A stretch of 60,001 nt of DNA, counting the filler, from Sphacelaria rigidula (taxonomy: Eukaryota): NCBI GenBank assembly GCA_964200075.2. It is 8 parts of 8 records of this genome, joined end to end, with 100 filler letters (N's around TTAATTAATTAA, not from the genome) between each part and the next. Parts side by side here need not be neighbours in the genome. Positions count along the whole stretch, not along the records: positions 7,514 to 14,926 come from CAXNAA020015040.1; positions 15,027 to 22,439 come from CAXNAA020015041.1; positions 22,540 to 29,952 come from CAXNAA020015042.1; 5 more parts are not named here. One strand, given 5' to 3'. The notes beneath the pieces are model-generated. The model saw only the letters and a program-made list of their open reading frames with translations. It did not search any database and was not told the origin of the DNA. Each line of letters starts with the position of its first letter. Position 1 is the stretch's first letter. The position numbers and the translations under genes are program-made. This document shows positions 12,620 to 22,877 of the stretch, in pieces.

Positions 12620-12960
12620 AAGGAAGCTACGGATGCGTCCAATAGATCCGTGCCAATATGCCTGTGATTACGTGCTTTATCGATTATTTTGACTCCACCG
12701 TGTCTTGCGTCGAGAGGGGTGGTGCATAACGTGACAGAATATCCGGCGAACCAATACTGTTTTGGAGAAACTAGCCCCCGGGGTAATTGAGCAGGATTTC
12801 CTTGACAAGCCAGCTATGGATACGTCCAACAGATCCATGCCAGTATGCCTGTGACTGCGTGCCTCATCGATTAGTTAGGCTTCACCGTATCTTGCGGCGA
12901 GAGGGGTGGTGCATAACGTGACGGCAAATCAGGCGGAACAATAGTGCTTCGGAGAGACTA
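12620..12960. repeat. Tandem duplication with ~188-bp period
   Basis: gctacggatgcgtccaatagatccgtgcc...gagaggggtggtgcataacgtgac occurs at ~12625 and again at ~12812. Confidence 0.85.
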
Positions 12961-13405
12961 CGAGCATACATAATAGTGCCCGAGGTATGAAAACTATCCT
13001 GCTCTCCCACGCCGTACTGTCTACGCGGATCAGGTAGCACGAAACGGTTTGCATGTGGAGATAGCAGAAGCGAAGTAGAATCGGGAGTTCAATGACGAAC
13101 CCAATTTGTAGAGAGTGAGTACGTCTGCAAGGCCATGTATAACGATCAACATGGGCATATTCGTCAGTACTATCCCCACGTGCTTCGATAAGGTGGTCGG
13201 CACATTTCGGCAACCACCGTCCAAGATTCAAGATTCATGTACAACAACTGACGACAGGTATGGTACACACTTTAGTACTGCAACGGCCGAATCCATCAAC
13301 ATTCAACACCGGCGTCACCCGCCGTATACTGCGAAGAACTCGCCAAATAAAAGCTACGCATGAATACTTTTTGTAGCATGCATTATAGAATGGGGGTAAT
13401 CTCAC

Positions 13406-13545
13406 CGTTCGATCGAGGGAAAGGTCCCCACGCCCCAACTCATCAGGAGGAAGTACCCGATGAGCATCTGCAGCGTCATGAGCGTTACCAGGACTCGCAT
13501 GCCCGCCGAAAAGTACTTGGTGTCCAGGACTGATGCAACCGCCAT
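13406..13545 (-). CDS. Probable first coding exon of an unknown membrane-anchored protein (MAVASVLDTKYFSAGMRVLVTLMTLQMLIGYFLLMSWGVGTFPSIER)
   Basis: aaaATGG start, hydrophobic signal-anchor stretch and a gtgag donor at 13405. A plausible 5'-UTR intron lies at ~13610-13807. Downstream exons are not resolved. Confidence 0.4.
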
Positions 13546-13954
13546 TTTATCCTGTACTTGTTGCAAAGTACTCCCGAGTTTAGCGGGCAGTTCAGGCACG
13601 GCGCGCTCCTTAATAGTTGTTGAGGAAGTACAACAGTAGTGCAGTGTGCGCAGGGATGGGGTTGTCTAGGGATGTGTTGGGGACAAGAAAAAAAACGGGG
13701 GAAAAAAAAAAGAAAAAAAGCGGGGAAATAGAACGGTCTTGGCCGCGCGTGAGTCGTGCGCTGACCGTCAGCTGCATTTTTTTTGTGCGTCGCGTGTGTC
13801 GTAGTCACCCTGCCTCGAGGGTTGAGCTCCTGCCTGAATTCTGCGGGAGAGAAAAATCACCCTGTTGCTGAACGTAGTAACACACTCGCGGTGCTCGTGT
13901 ATTCCGGTCAAAATGGTGCCAAGCAGCACGAATGAGCGTTATTCATCGACAACA

Positions 13955-14394
13955 AACAGCCGACCATCGAAATTGAGGATGGAGATTTTCATTGAGGATG
14001 AGAAAACGGAGGATTGAAATCTTCGTATCCGCACCAAATCTTCGAAATATGACTCCATCCCTTCACCTGTTGATAGCTATATTGACAACGGCTACACGTC
14101 CTACAAATGTGGATATCAATAACCGAAATGTCGGGGTCCTCGATGAAGAAACAACTTTGGGGAATTAGAGTATCCGATCGCCGAAATTCTCCGAGATTGG
14201 TTTTTCACCTAGGACCCCAACATTTTGGTTATCGAAATCCGATTTTGCATGGCGTGTGGTACTTGCCAATAGCTACCAGGAGGTGAAGAAATGAAACCAC
14301 ATTTCGAAGATTTGGTGCGGATACGAAGATTTTAATCCTCCGGGTTCTCATCCTCAATGAAAATCTCCACCCTCAATTTCGATGGTCGGCTGTT
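13955..14394. mobile_element. Foldback MITE (~440 bp) with TIR AACAGCCGACCATCGAAATTGAGG
   Basis: The arms are reverse complements over almost the whole length. Partial copies occur at 14827-14926 and 30053-30110. Confidence 0.9.
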
Positions 14395-14445
14395 AATAAC
14401 ATGCAAGCATGCGCGCGTTCGAATTTGCCGTCGTTGCTGCTTTAA

Positions 14446-14547
14446 CCCTTAGACCGCGAGGTTACGAAGTCTTCTGTTGAATCGGCATCATTTTCAAGTG
14501 AGAAAAGTATGCATGATCCAGGAAGACTAATCTCGCGGTCTAAGGGT
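14446..14547. mobile_element. piggyBac-like TTAA MITE (~105 bp), TIR CCCTTAGACCGCGAG
   Basis: ttaa-CCCTTAGACCGCGAG...CTCGCGGTCTAAGGG-ttta. Related copies at ~15037-15138 (inverted) and ~53831-53927. Confidence 0.8.
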
Positions 14548-15036
14548 TTAAACCACAAATGTATTTCGTAATTTTTTCATGACAATTTAACAAAAATAGA
14601 ATAATTAACTGGTTGGTTGGGATTGGGATTGTTGGTTGGATGTTTGGTTCATGGGTTATTGAATTTTATTTTTAGGGCAAGGGAGAGACAATATATGAAG
14701 TGGAATTTAGTGGAAGACATTTAAAAACATTGCCCCGCCCCCCCCTCATATCGTAGCATGACTGCTGCTGTAATTGATCGTTATGTGTTCTTCTACAAGA
14801 TACTGTACCCTGGTACCAGGCATAAAAACAGCCGATCATCTATGTTGAGGATGGTGCTTTTCATTGAGGATAAGAAATAGGAATATTAAAATATTTGTAT
14901 CCATACTAAATCTTAACAATATGATTNNNNNNNNNNNNNNNNNNNNNNNNNNNNNNNNNNNNNNNNNNNNTTAATTAATTAANNNNNNNNNNNNNNNNNN
15001 NNNNNNNNNNNNNNNNNNNNNNNNNNAGTTGCTTAA

Positions 15037-15138
15037 CCCTTGGACCGCGGTGTTGGTGATCGATCTGGACCACGTGTACTTTTTCCAAGCGAATATTGAT
15101 GCCGATTCAGCAGGTGACCTACTCTCGCGGTCTGACGG
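15037..15138. mobile_element. piggyBac-like TTAA MITE, second copy
   Basis: Flanked by ttaa on both sides; shares gatgccgattca and cgcggtct with the 14446 copy. Confidence 0.7.
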
Positions 15139-15408
15139 TTAAGCCCTGCCGCGGAGTTTGGGGGGGGAATATACTTTCGCTCTGTGTTACTCTTTCGTAT
15201 CTTCCCTGCAATAGAGAAATGGGACTTCAACCTCATTTTATGTTTCAACCCCAAAAATTAGGATCGGTTGGTAATCAGTACGTACAAAACCCAGAACTCA
15301 CACACCGATGTAGAAGTTCAGTTAGAAGAGTTGATGAAGAAAGCTGGAGACCGAATCGAGAGTGGTGAACAGGGTGGTGATCAACTCCGCTGCCCCGAAC
15401 GCAAAAAC

Positions 15409-16511
15409 CAGGGGGCAGCGAAAACAATTCAGGACACATAGGCCCCAAGATCGAAAATTCGAGTTTTTGAGTAGGGGGGGGGACACCCAGCCCGCTGTCC
15501 CCTAGGTTATTGCCGAGGCGTTGGCGGATGCGACCAGCTGCCGTAGACAGTAGAGATCCTTATATATATTACAGATCATGTATGATATATCATATATTTT
15601 ATTATGTTATATTTTATATATCATATATCATATTATATATTATATTGTATTCTATATATTATATAATACATTACATTTCACATTTCATATATTGCATTCC
15701 ATATACCATATTTCATACATTATATCATATAATATGGGTGTATATTATAGGTCTATATTATACATATGCTTCTTCTCTCTAATATATACTATATTGTACA
15801 TTATAAACAATATATTGTACATTATATAATTATATACATGAAAATTTATCAAGGGGCAGTATATACTATACTAAAGAATTTTATATTAATAAATATGCTG
15901 TACAATTCTATGATCCTTGTTGTATTGTATATAATGTGAATATATATGTAAATATGTAAAAGAGCAGAAGCAAACATACACCCCGCAAAGCCTGCCAAAA
16001 GTTTCGGATTTTGTCAATGTTCATGGATCAATTTCTTGCAACAAAGTTAACAGAAAAAGTCTTTCGGGTAAAGGGAACGTGTATACCTGCCCCAAGACTA
16101 CGGCTATATATAGATATAGATATAGATAGATTAATTGATGGAGTTGAGGATGGATGGCTGGATTTTATTTTTTGGACAAGGGAAAGACAATGAAAAAAAA
16201 ACAGGATAGTTTTAATTGTCGAAAAAATGCCCTCCGGCATCCGAGGTCATCCGGACAGGACGGGCAACGAGCAGAAGCAGATGTACGAACCCCACGACGC
16301 CCACCGGACTTTTCGGTTTTTGTCAGCGCTTGTTGATCAATTTCTTGTAACACAATTGACAGAAAAATCAAAACAGTGTTAATTGGTCAATTCCTTGCGA
16401 CGAACTTGACAAAAAAAATCGAAAAAATCACGACAATTTTCAAAAACATTCCCTCCGGAATGGGGGGGGGGGAGCCTACGTGTCCGAAAATTTTCTCCGC
16501 GCTGCCCCCTG
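15409..16511. mobile_element. Non-autonomous DNA transposon (~1.1 kb) with CAGGGGGCAGCG TIRs and 7-bp TSD caaaaac; carries an AT-rich array
   Basis: The left end cagggggcagcg...ggacacataggc matches the reverse complement of gcctacgtgtcc...cgctgccccctg. caaaaac flanks both ends. Internal gatcaatttcttg repeats and a ~400-bp AT-rich tract (15560-15960). Confidence 0.75.
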
Positions 16512-16875
16512 CAAAAACGAGAATTTCCAACATTGCTTGTCCTCCTCAGACCTACATCCGTAAAACGCACCTCAAAGTCATTCATGGACCCCATGCCAGT
16601 CTCGCCAAGGCCACATTCTCAGTTTTATCCAGTCCAGTTCTCAGGCTAGTAATCGACCATACACCCTTTCCCACACACCAAGTTCCAAGATCATTGTTTT
16701 ATGACACCCCGAGTATCTCCGCTAATTTACGGCTAAATTACCGTCTGTAGTACGTTTATCTGACCGTCTGTACCCATTTTCCACTCGAGGTACAACCCAA
16801 CTTAATGAGAAATTACGGGGAAATTGGTGCGGGAAAATTCGATTCACACGCGGTGAGAGTGCTTGACAACAGCTT

Positions 16876-16985
16876 CACGGGTGGCCACTGGGGTGCCTGC
16901 AACCTCTAATTTGGACCTTACAGACGTTGCACAAGGTCTGTAACGTCCAAAATTGAGGTTACAGGCACCCCAGCGGCCACCCGTG
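16876..16985 (-). ncRNA. Near-perfect 50-bp stem / 10-nt loop hairpin; candidate pre-miRNA
   Basis: Arms 16876-16925 and 16936-16985 match at 45 of 50 positions. Two of the five differences become G-U pairs on the minus strand. No TSD and no second copy seen in the window. Confidence 0.45.
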
Positions 16986-17626
16986 TTGTTGATAGCAGCG
17001 CAGTGGAGGTGACTGGAGCGAACCATAACCAAGCATCACGTTGCAGTCGGCGAAGTACTGTAGTACGGGATCGATGGTCCATGCGTGTGCTCAATCGCTG
17101 GGCGGAGAAATAGGCAGCGATCGCTGGACGAGAAAAATGAAGCGGTCGGTGAGCGCGATGCTCCTGCCGTTTGGATTTTATTTCGACGCGGCAAACGAAG
17201 CACACATCGCTCGTGCTGCTGCTGCACTCGGTAGCAGCGCTCGACAACAACTTGTTGATAGCATCGGCGCTGGCTGAGCAGAGAAAGTCACCCCTTATCC
17301 CATGTCCCTCGCCTGACACCAAAGTGGATACTGTTGGCACGAGATTCCCGGAAATAGCCAGGACAGTCATAGCTGCATCGTTTGGGAGGAGACCAGGCTC
17401 ATGGTAGCGTCATTGTTAATTGTTCATGCAAGCGCGCCCCCCCCGTCTTTCCTCCACCCATGAAGAAACACAAAGAGCACGTACCCTTTTTTTTCTCAGA
17501 CGTTTTTCTCCCCTTTCAACGTATGCAGCGAGGTTACCCAGGAATCAGAAGCTCACAGTTGGATTTCTGAGCATATATTGTACAACATTTCGTGCATGGA
17601 AGTTTACATTGCAATATCCCACACCC

Positions 17627-17783
17627 TTGGACAACATGTGATCAATAGATGCAATAGAAAAAAGTGTACTGCATAAAGTATAGGCCTACTGCAACTATTG
17701 CCGATCGACAACAGTCGCAACAGCCCTATACTTCATGCAGTACGTTTCTTGTCTTTTGCGACTATTGACAAAATATTGTCCAA
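17627..17783. mobile_element. Small foldback/MITE
   Basis: Inverted arms ttggacaa...caatag...gtactgcataaagtatagg versus cctatacttcatgcagtac...ctattg...ttgtccaa. Confidence 0.6.
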
Positions 17784-17847
17784 GTTGTGCAATCTTCACG
17801 ATTAGACAGCGCTATAATACAAGCTGGGCCATCTAAGACACGGACAG

Positions 17848-18504
17848 GGATGTGAACAGGCGATGTAGCAGCTGAATTTCAGATCGTTTTCTATGAAAAT
17901 TGACACGATGGACAGGATGAATGTGGGAAGACGCCACTTTCTCCTTTCTACATTTCGTCTCTTTCTTTTTGGAGTTTTTCACGTTTTTGTTCCGATAAAT
18001 CTGTTCTGAAATGTTTGGTCGCCGATTACCCACAAAGAAAAGAACAAAAATGTAGGGTGGAAAAAGTGGCGTCTGCGCCCATACATCTCGTACATTGTGT
18101 CAAACTGTCATAGAAAACGACCTGAAATTCAGCTGCTAAATCGTGTGTTCGTGTCCAAGACTGATTCCTCTGTAGAGATGGAACAGCCACGAAAAAATGA
18201 CACGTGGTTATGCTGTTGAATTTCAAGTATTATTTCACGAAATTTCGACACGATGCACGTGAGGTATGTTTTGAACTTCCTGTTGTCTCCCCTTGACATT
18301 TCTGTTTTTCTTCAATGAGTTCTCGACCCTTTTGTATTAGGAAAAACGTTCCGAAATTTAGATTACCAGTAACATACGAGGGGAAAAAATAAAGAAATAG
18401 GGGGCAAACAGTAGGGGCTCCACATATACCTCATGTATGTCGTGTCAAATTTTCATGGAAAACGACCTGAAATTGAGCAGTGAATCGCGTTTTTCGTGCC
18501 ATCT
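17848..18504. mobile_element. Two adjacent related foldback elements (~17848-18158 and ~18176-18504)
   Basis: Inverted arms gcagctgaatttcagatcgttttctatga / tcatagaaaacgacctgaaattcagctgc; the same arm motifs recur, diverged, in the second unit. Confidence 0.7.
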
Positions 18505-19453
18505 CAGACACTGCGCGCCTACAGTACATGCCTTGTTGTACGACCACAACTAGTGCAACGCGATCAATTTGCGGCCGCGGCACAACTGACTGTAACCGTA
18601 AATGCGTGTTCAGCCGTTTTTTCCCCCTTTTTCCGTCGCACATGCCACCCTCAGCTCTCTACACTTCGCAGCTGACTGCAGTTTGGTGTTTCGTTTGATC
18701 GGAACTTGTCAGATTGCAGTGCTACGTGAAGTGAAAGACGCGCGTTGATTTGCAGATTACCACAATGTACCATAGTAGGCACAACTCGCGATAGATCGTC
18801 AGTTAGAACTGGCTGAAGGAAAGTCCACTTCTTAGGCGGCCCAGCTTGTAGTGTCCTAGTATTTACGATTTGTCTGCTCTCGAGCATACCGAAAGTCACA
18901 TCGTACTCCATTCTTGCGTTGATAGAGTCATGTATACCCCCCACCCGCCCCGCCTCCCAGGCTCTTCTTCATCCCCGAACAGGCGGTAACTTGTGGCGTT
19001 TCAACGTCCGATTCGCTCGAAACTGGCAACACAGGAGTAGTTCGACAGCGTATGAGCACGTGATGGGAAAGAAACACATCCGCCTGTATTTTTAATTCTC
19101 AACTGACTACTCCCATGACGTTTTGTGGGACCAACGAAAACATTGGTGGGGAGCAACGCCTACAGATCAGCAGTAGTAACAGCAGCCTGCAGAGTTGTTA
19201 ATCCCTGCAAAAAAAAAAGAGAAAAAAACACACGCATCATGCGCGACGCGGTTGCAGTCAGGTCAACAGTTGGCATTTACTCATAAAAAAATGCCGGGAA
19301 GGAAGGAACAGCACCGCGCGCGGGATGATTGTTTCGTACGTTCCGCGTTAGTCCAACTACAGCAGTGATCATAACCCCAACCAAGAAATATCATGTACAG
19401 ACTCACGACAACGGATGCTGCTTCGACAAAAAAAGTTAAGAAATAGCTATGAT

Positions 19454-20651
19454 CTACTTTTTGTCGTCCCCTTCCTTCTTATCATTCGCATCGTCCTTCT
19501 TGGCTGCCCCACCCACTTGGTCTACGGCCGCCTGAATACGTGGATCGTTTGGGTCTAAATCCGGGATCTGCACGAAAATTTGCGCACACGAAGACGAGAA
19601 AGCGAGCACAACAGCGGACGCGGGAGCAAGACTTTAGGTGTGCAACAACACAGATGGAACTTCAAACACCAGCAGAAGACGATTTAATTGGGCGTACATG
19701 CGCCCCCTTAGCGCGGCTGGAAGGGTACCAGATCAATCAATGTTCGACAAAAATCCGCCGAACCAGATCAAATCAAGTAGCACAAACTTGCTGAAAATTT
19801 GGTTTAAAAGCACCGTACACAATTATTTCCATGGTGCTTGTGGTGAAGGAACGCCCTTCCACGTACATTATATGAACTCAATAGGATTTTTCAGTACTCG
19901 ATAATCTAGAGTTGCTGTCCTCCACCTTGAAAAACATTCCGCATCTGTGCAGTATTCCGTAGTGAGCATCTGATGCGAACGCCTTCCGTGGTCACACGCC
20001 AACAACCCCAAATAAGGTACGAATGAATCAACATAAAACACTAGATAGGACCGAGGAAAAAATCACACAGACGCGATATGAGATAACATAACTACTGCTA
20101 ACCTCATGAATTCCGGTGCCGGAGGCGACCATTCGGACTACTGACCCAGAGTACCGAGAGTACTATCGCCTGCCAAAAATACCCGGTATTCTACAGAGTA
20201 CTTGAACTATCTCCCGCCGACACTAAGTATGCAAGAGTACCCGAAATATCGTCACCCGAGTTACCGACTGTTGTGAAAGTACCCCTCCCAGGAGCATCGA
20301 CACCCTGAAACTACCCGTGGGCGTACCCTACCCTATCCTACTGTGCGCATCTTTTGTTACGCATTTTGCGACAACTCGCTTGCACAGGCGTACACCGACA
20401 CACCCCAAGTACACATCAATCCACACACGTACCTGACCCAAAAGCGACTGTACAAACGAAGGGTCGAAGAAATCACCCCCTCCGGCCTCCCCACTCGCCG
20501 CTCCCGCCGCACCTGGAGCCGGTGGTGGTTTCGCCCGAGCTGCGTCGGAGGCTGGAGGGGGGGTAGGGGTCGGGGGCGCGGCTGCTGCCGCCGTCGTAGG
20601 TGCGGAGTCCTTGGCTCCGACGTCGCCTGCCATGCTCATCTCCAGAGCAAT
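19454..20651 (-). CDS. RPN10: 26S proteasome ubiquitin receptor RPN10/PSMD4, last two exons (20433-20651, 19454-19567)
   Basis: The spliced frame reads IALEMSM...GGGDFFDPSFVQSLLGQ|IPDLDPNDPRIQAAVDQVGGAAKKDDANDKKEGDDKK*. This matches the UIM end and the conserved DPxFxxSxL..LPGVDPN C-terminal motif of RPN10. Canonical phase-0 splice sites. Upstream exons not found. Confidence 0.85.
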
Positions 20652-21037
20652 CTGGGATGGTGGAGCAGTGATCAAAAATGCAGCATGGATGCAGCATGGA
20701 TGCGGTAGGGTACAGGCGAGGCTAGGCGGTAACGTGATCCACCTAGAGTTAGTCCCTTCGGTTTGGGAACAAGACAGCGACAATGATCATGACATTCCCT
20801 TTTATTCATTAACGTTGTTGATGCTGATGTTTATGTTGATGTTATTATTATTTTTTCCGCACATTAACCTGATCTCTCCGATACCGTTCCTGCTGTTCCT
20901 TACAAGACAGCGACGATGATTCGCTCATTTTTGTTGACGCAAAAATTCGTGATCGGCTGGGGAGCGCATGCACACATGCATTGCAGAGGTAGATGGGAGC
21001 ACGGCCGGAGGGTGGGAGGGTGCTCGTAATCTTGAGA

Positions 21038-21053
21038 TTGTGTGTATGTGTAT

Positions 21054-21100
<47 letters not shown>

Positions 21101-21110
21101 CGCGTGTGTG
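21038..21110. repeat. (GT)n microsatellite
   Basis: Visible run. Confidence 0.9.
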
Positions 21111-21754
21111 CTGACTACTGCCATGCCTCGCCTCATGAACCACAGAACCTAGAAAAGAGGAAGGGAGTGATACCGTTCTGGCTCTTGCTCCGATGGGAAA
21201 CGACAAACATGCATCATGTTGATACAGAAGCGAGTGGCCAAAACATGATGATTGTCTTATAACTTGACATTTCTGGGGTAAAACATGCAGAACGGTTGCG
21301 ATGCAGTACTCGTATGCGCAACGAAAAAGAATTCGACCGAACTCTGGATAATGGCGTGCCGACTGACTGACCGACTTGACAACAGCGCGAAATCTCTTCT
21401 CTTCAGCAGTACAGGACGGTTGCTGGATGAGGTGAAATACACGGGGCACAATACGTAGTGGTCTATCTCAGCAACACATGTATCAATCAAGATCTAGTAC
21501 GAAAAATAAACGTGGTCCACCTCGACCTGCAGACGACAGAAACAGCGACAAATCACCCATCGATTGTTGACCTTACAATACGAGGCCGCGTTCTATGGAA
21601 TATGACATATATTGAAGTGACAATGACTAGCCCGAACACCAAATCCTGGAGTGGTGTGTGACCGCGAGCGCGTGTGCGTACAAGTTACATGGCATGGAAA
21701 AGATTGCTGCCGAACCCCAAAGTATGTGTTGTCTCGCACCTATTCTGCATGAGC

Positions 21755-22335
21755 AGTCTACACCTTTCGGCGTATGTGGGCCCATCAATTCGACTTCATG
21801 GTCGACGAGGGAAAACGATTGCTAAACCCCTTTGGCGATAAAAAAAAAGGCAAGCACCGCAGAAGGAAGGTGGAGACCAAAAACAAACAAAAAAACAAAA
21901 AATCTCCCATGCTGCCCTTCCTCTTGTGTGACCCTGGCTGGTGTGCCCAAATATACCGAAATGTGTAGACCGGAGTTCAGAATAGATGGAATGACAACAC
22001 ACAACACACGCACACACACATCAAGCGCGGTCCCACAGGAGTAAGGCGAACACACAGTCTTTTTTTTTCCTCCTTTCCTTGTTTCAGCACTCCCCCTTCC
22101 TTCAGCGGCGCTTGCCTTACTTCTTTGTCTCGAGAAAAAAACGGTTAAGCGTTCCCTTACCCTCGTCGATCGAGGGAGTCGAATTTTGTGTACCCACGAC
22201 ATGATCGCTCTCCACTGTTGGGCATGATGTGAGAAAAAAAAAAAACTTAGATCGTTTGACTTCATCGAGATTCGAACCCACGTACCAACCGTCAGAACGT
22301 TTCAAGATCACCAAATGAGCCACCGGGGTAACCGC
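21755..22335. mobile_element. tRNA-derived SINE family A fragments in opposite orientations (3' half + at ~21790-22020; 5' half - at ~22060-22335)
   Basis: Homologous to the full copy at 57417-57842: gtacccacgacatgatcgctctccactg, ttcgaacccacgt, gagccaccgggg, ggcaagcaccgcagaaggaaggt, cagaatagatggaatgacaac. Confidence 0.75.
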
Positions 22336-22539
22336 CAAGGATGCAAGGGTGGGACAAATAATGATTTATCTGGAAATTACTTGGTTTCAGTATAATTGAT
22401 TCGAATCGTACGAACCAATCCCTAGGCTTTCCTTTTAGCNNNNNNNNNNNNNNNNNNNNNNNNNNNNNNNNNNNNNNNNNNNNTTAATTAATTAANNNNN
22501 NNNNNNNNNNNNNNNNNNNNNNNNNNNNNNNNNNNNNNN

Positions 22540-22786
22540 CCCCCAGCTAAAACCAACCCAAAATTGTCACAGAAAAAATGGTCATACAGCGCTTGATGTT
22601 TGAGCTCTGGCCGCATGGAGCGCCTCATGCGGGTGACATTGGCGAAACCGAACCGATGCGTGGGAATTTCCAGCTGCTCATTGTGCTCGCCTTTTTCCAT
22701 TTCAATTTACATATAGATTTTGCCGTCCCAAATCAGCTACTTTTGGGGGGCGGGTGGGGGGGAGCGGGGCTATCGTAGAAAGTGTC
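22540..22786. mobile_element. MITE family with TIR GACACTTTCTACGATAGCCCC, partial copy (left end lost at linker)
   Basis: Shares its body and right TIR ggggctatcgtagaaagtgtc with 31941-32173 and 41450-41697. Confidence 0.8.
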
Positions 22787-22877
22787 GGAGCGAAGATGCC
22801 TGGCCAACAAACAACGGGTACTCCACCTGCCTTGGAACACACACAAGCCTTACGACAAGCAAAACGTGTTCCACTGA

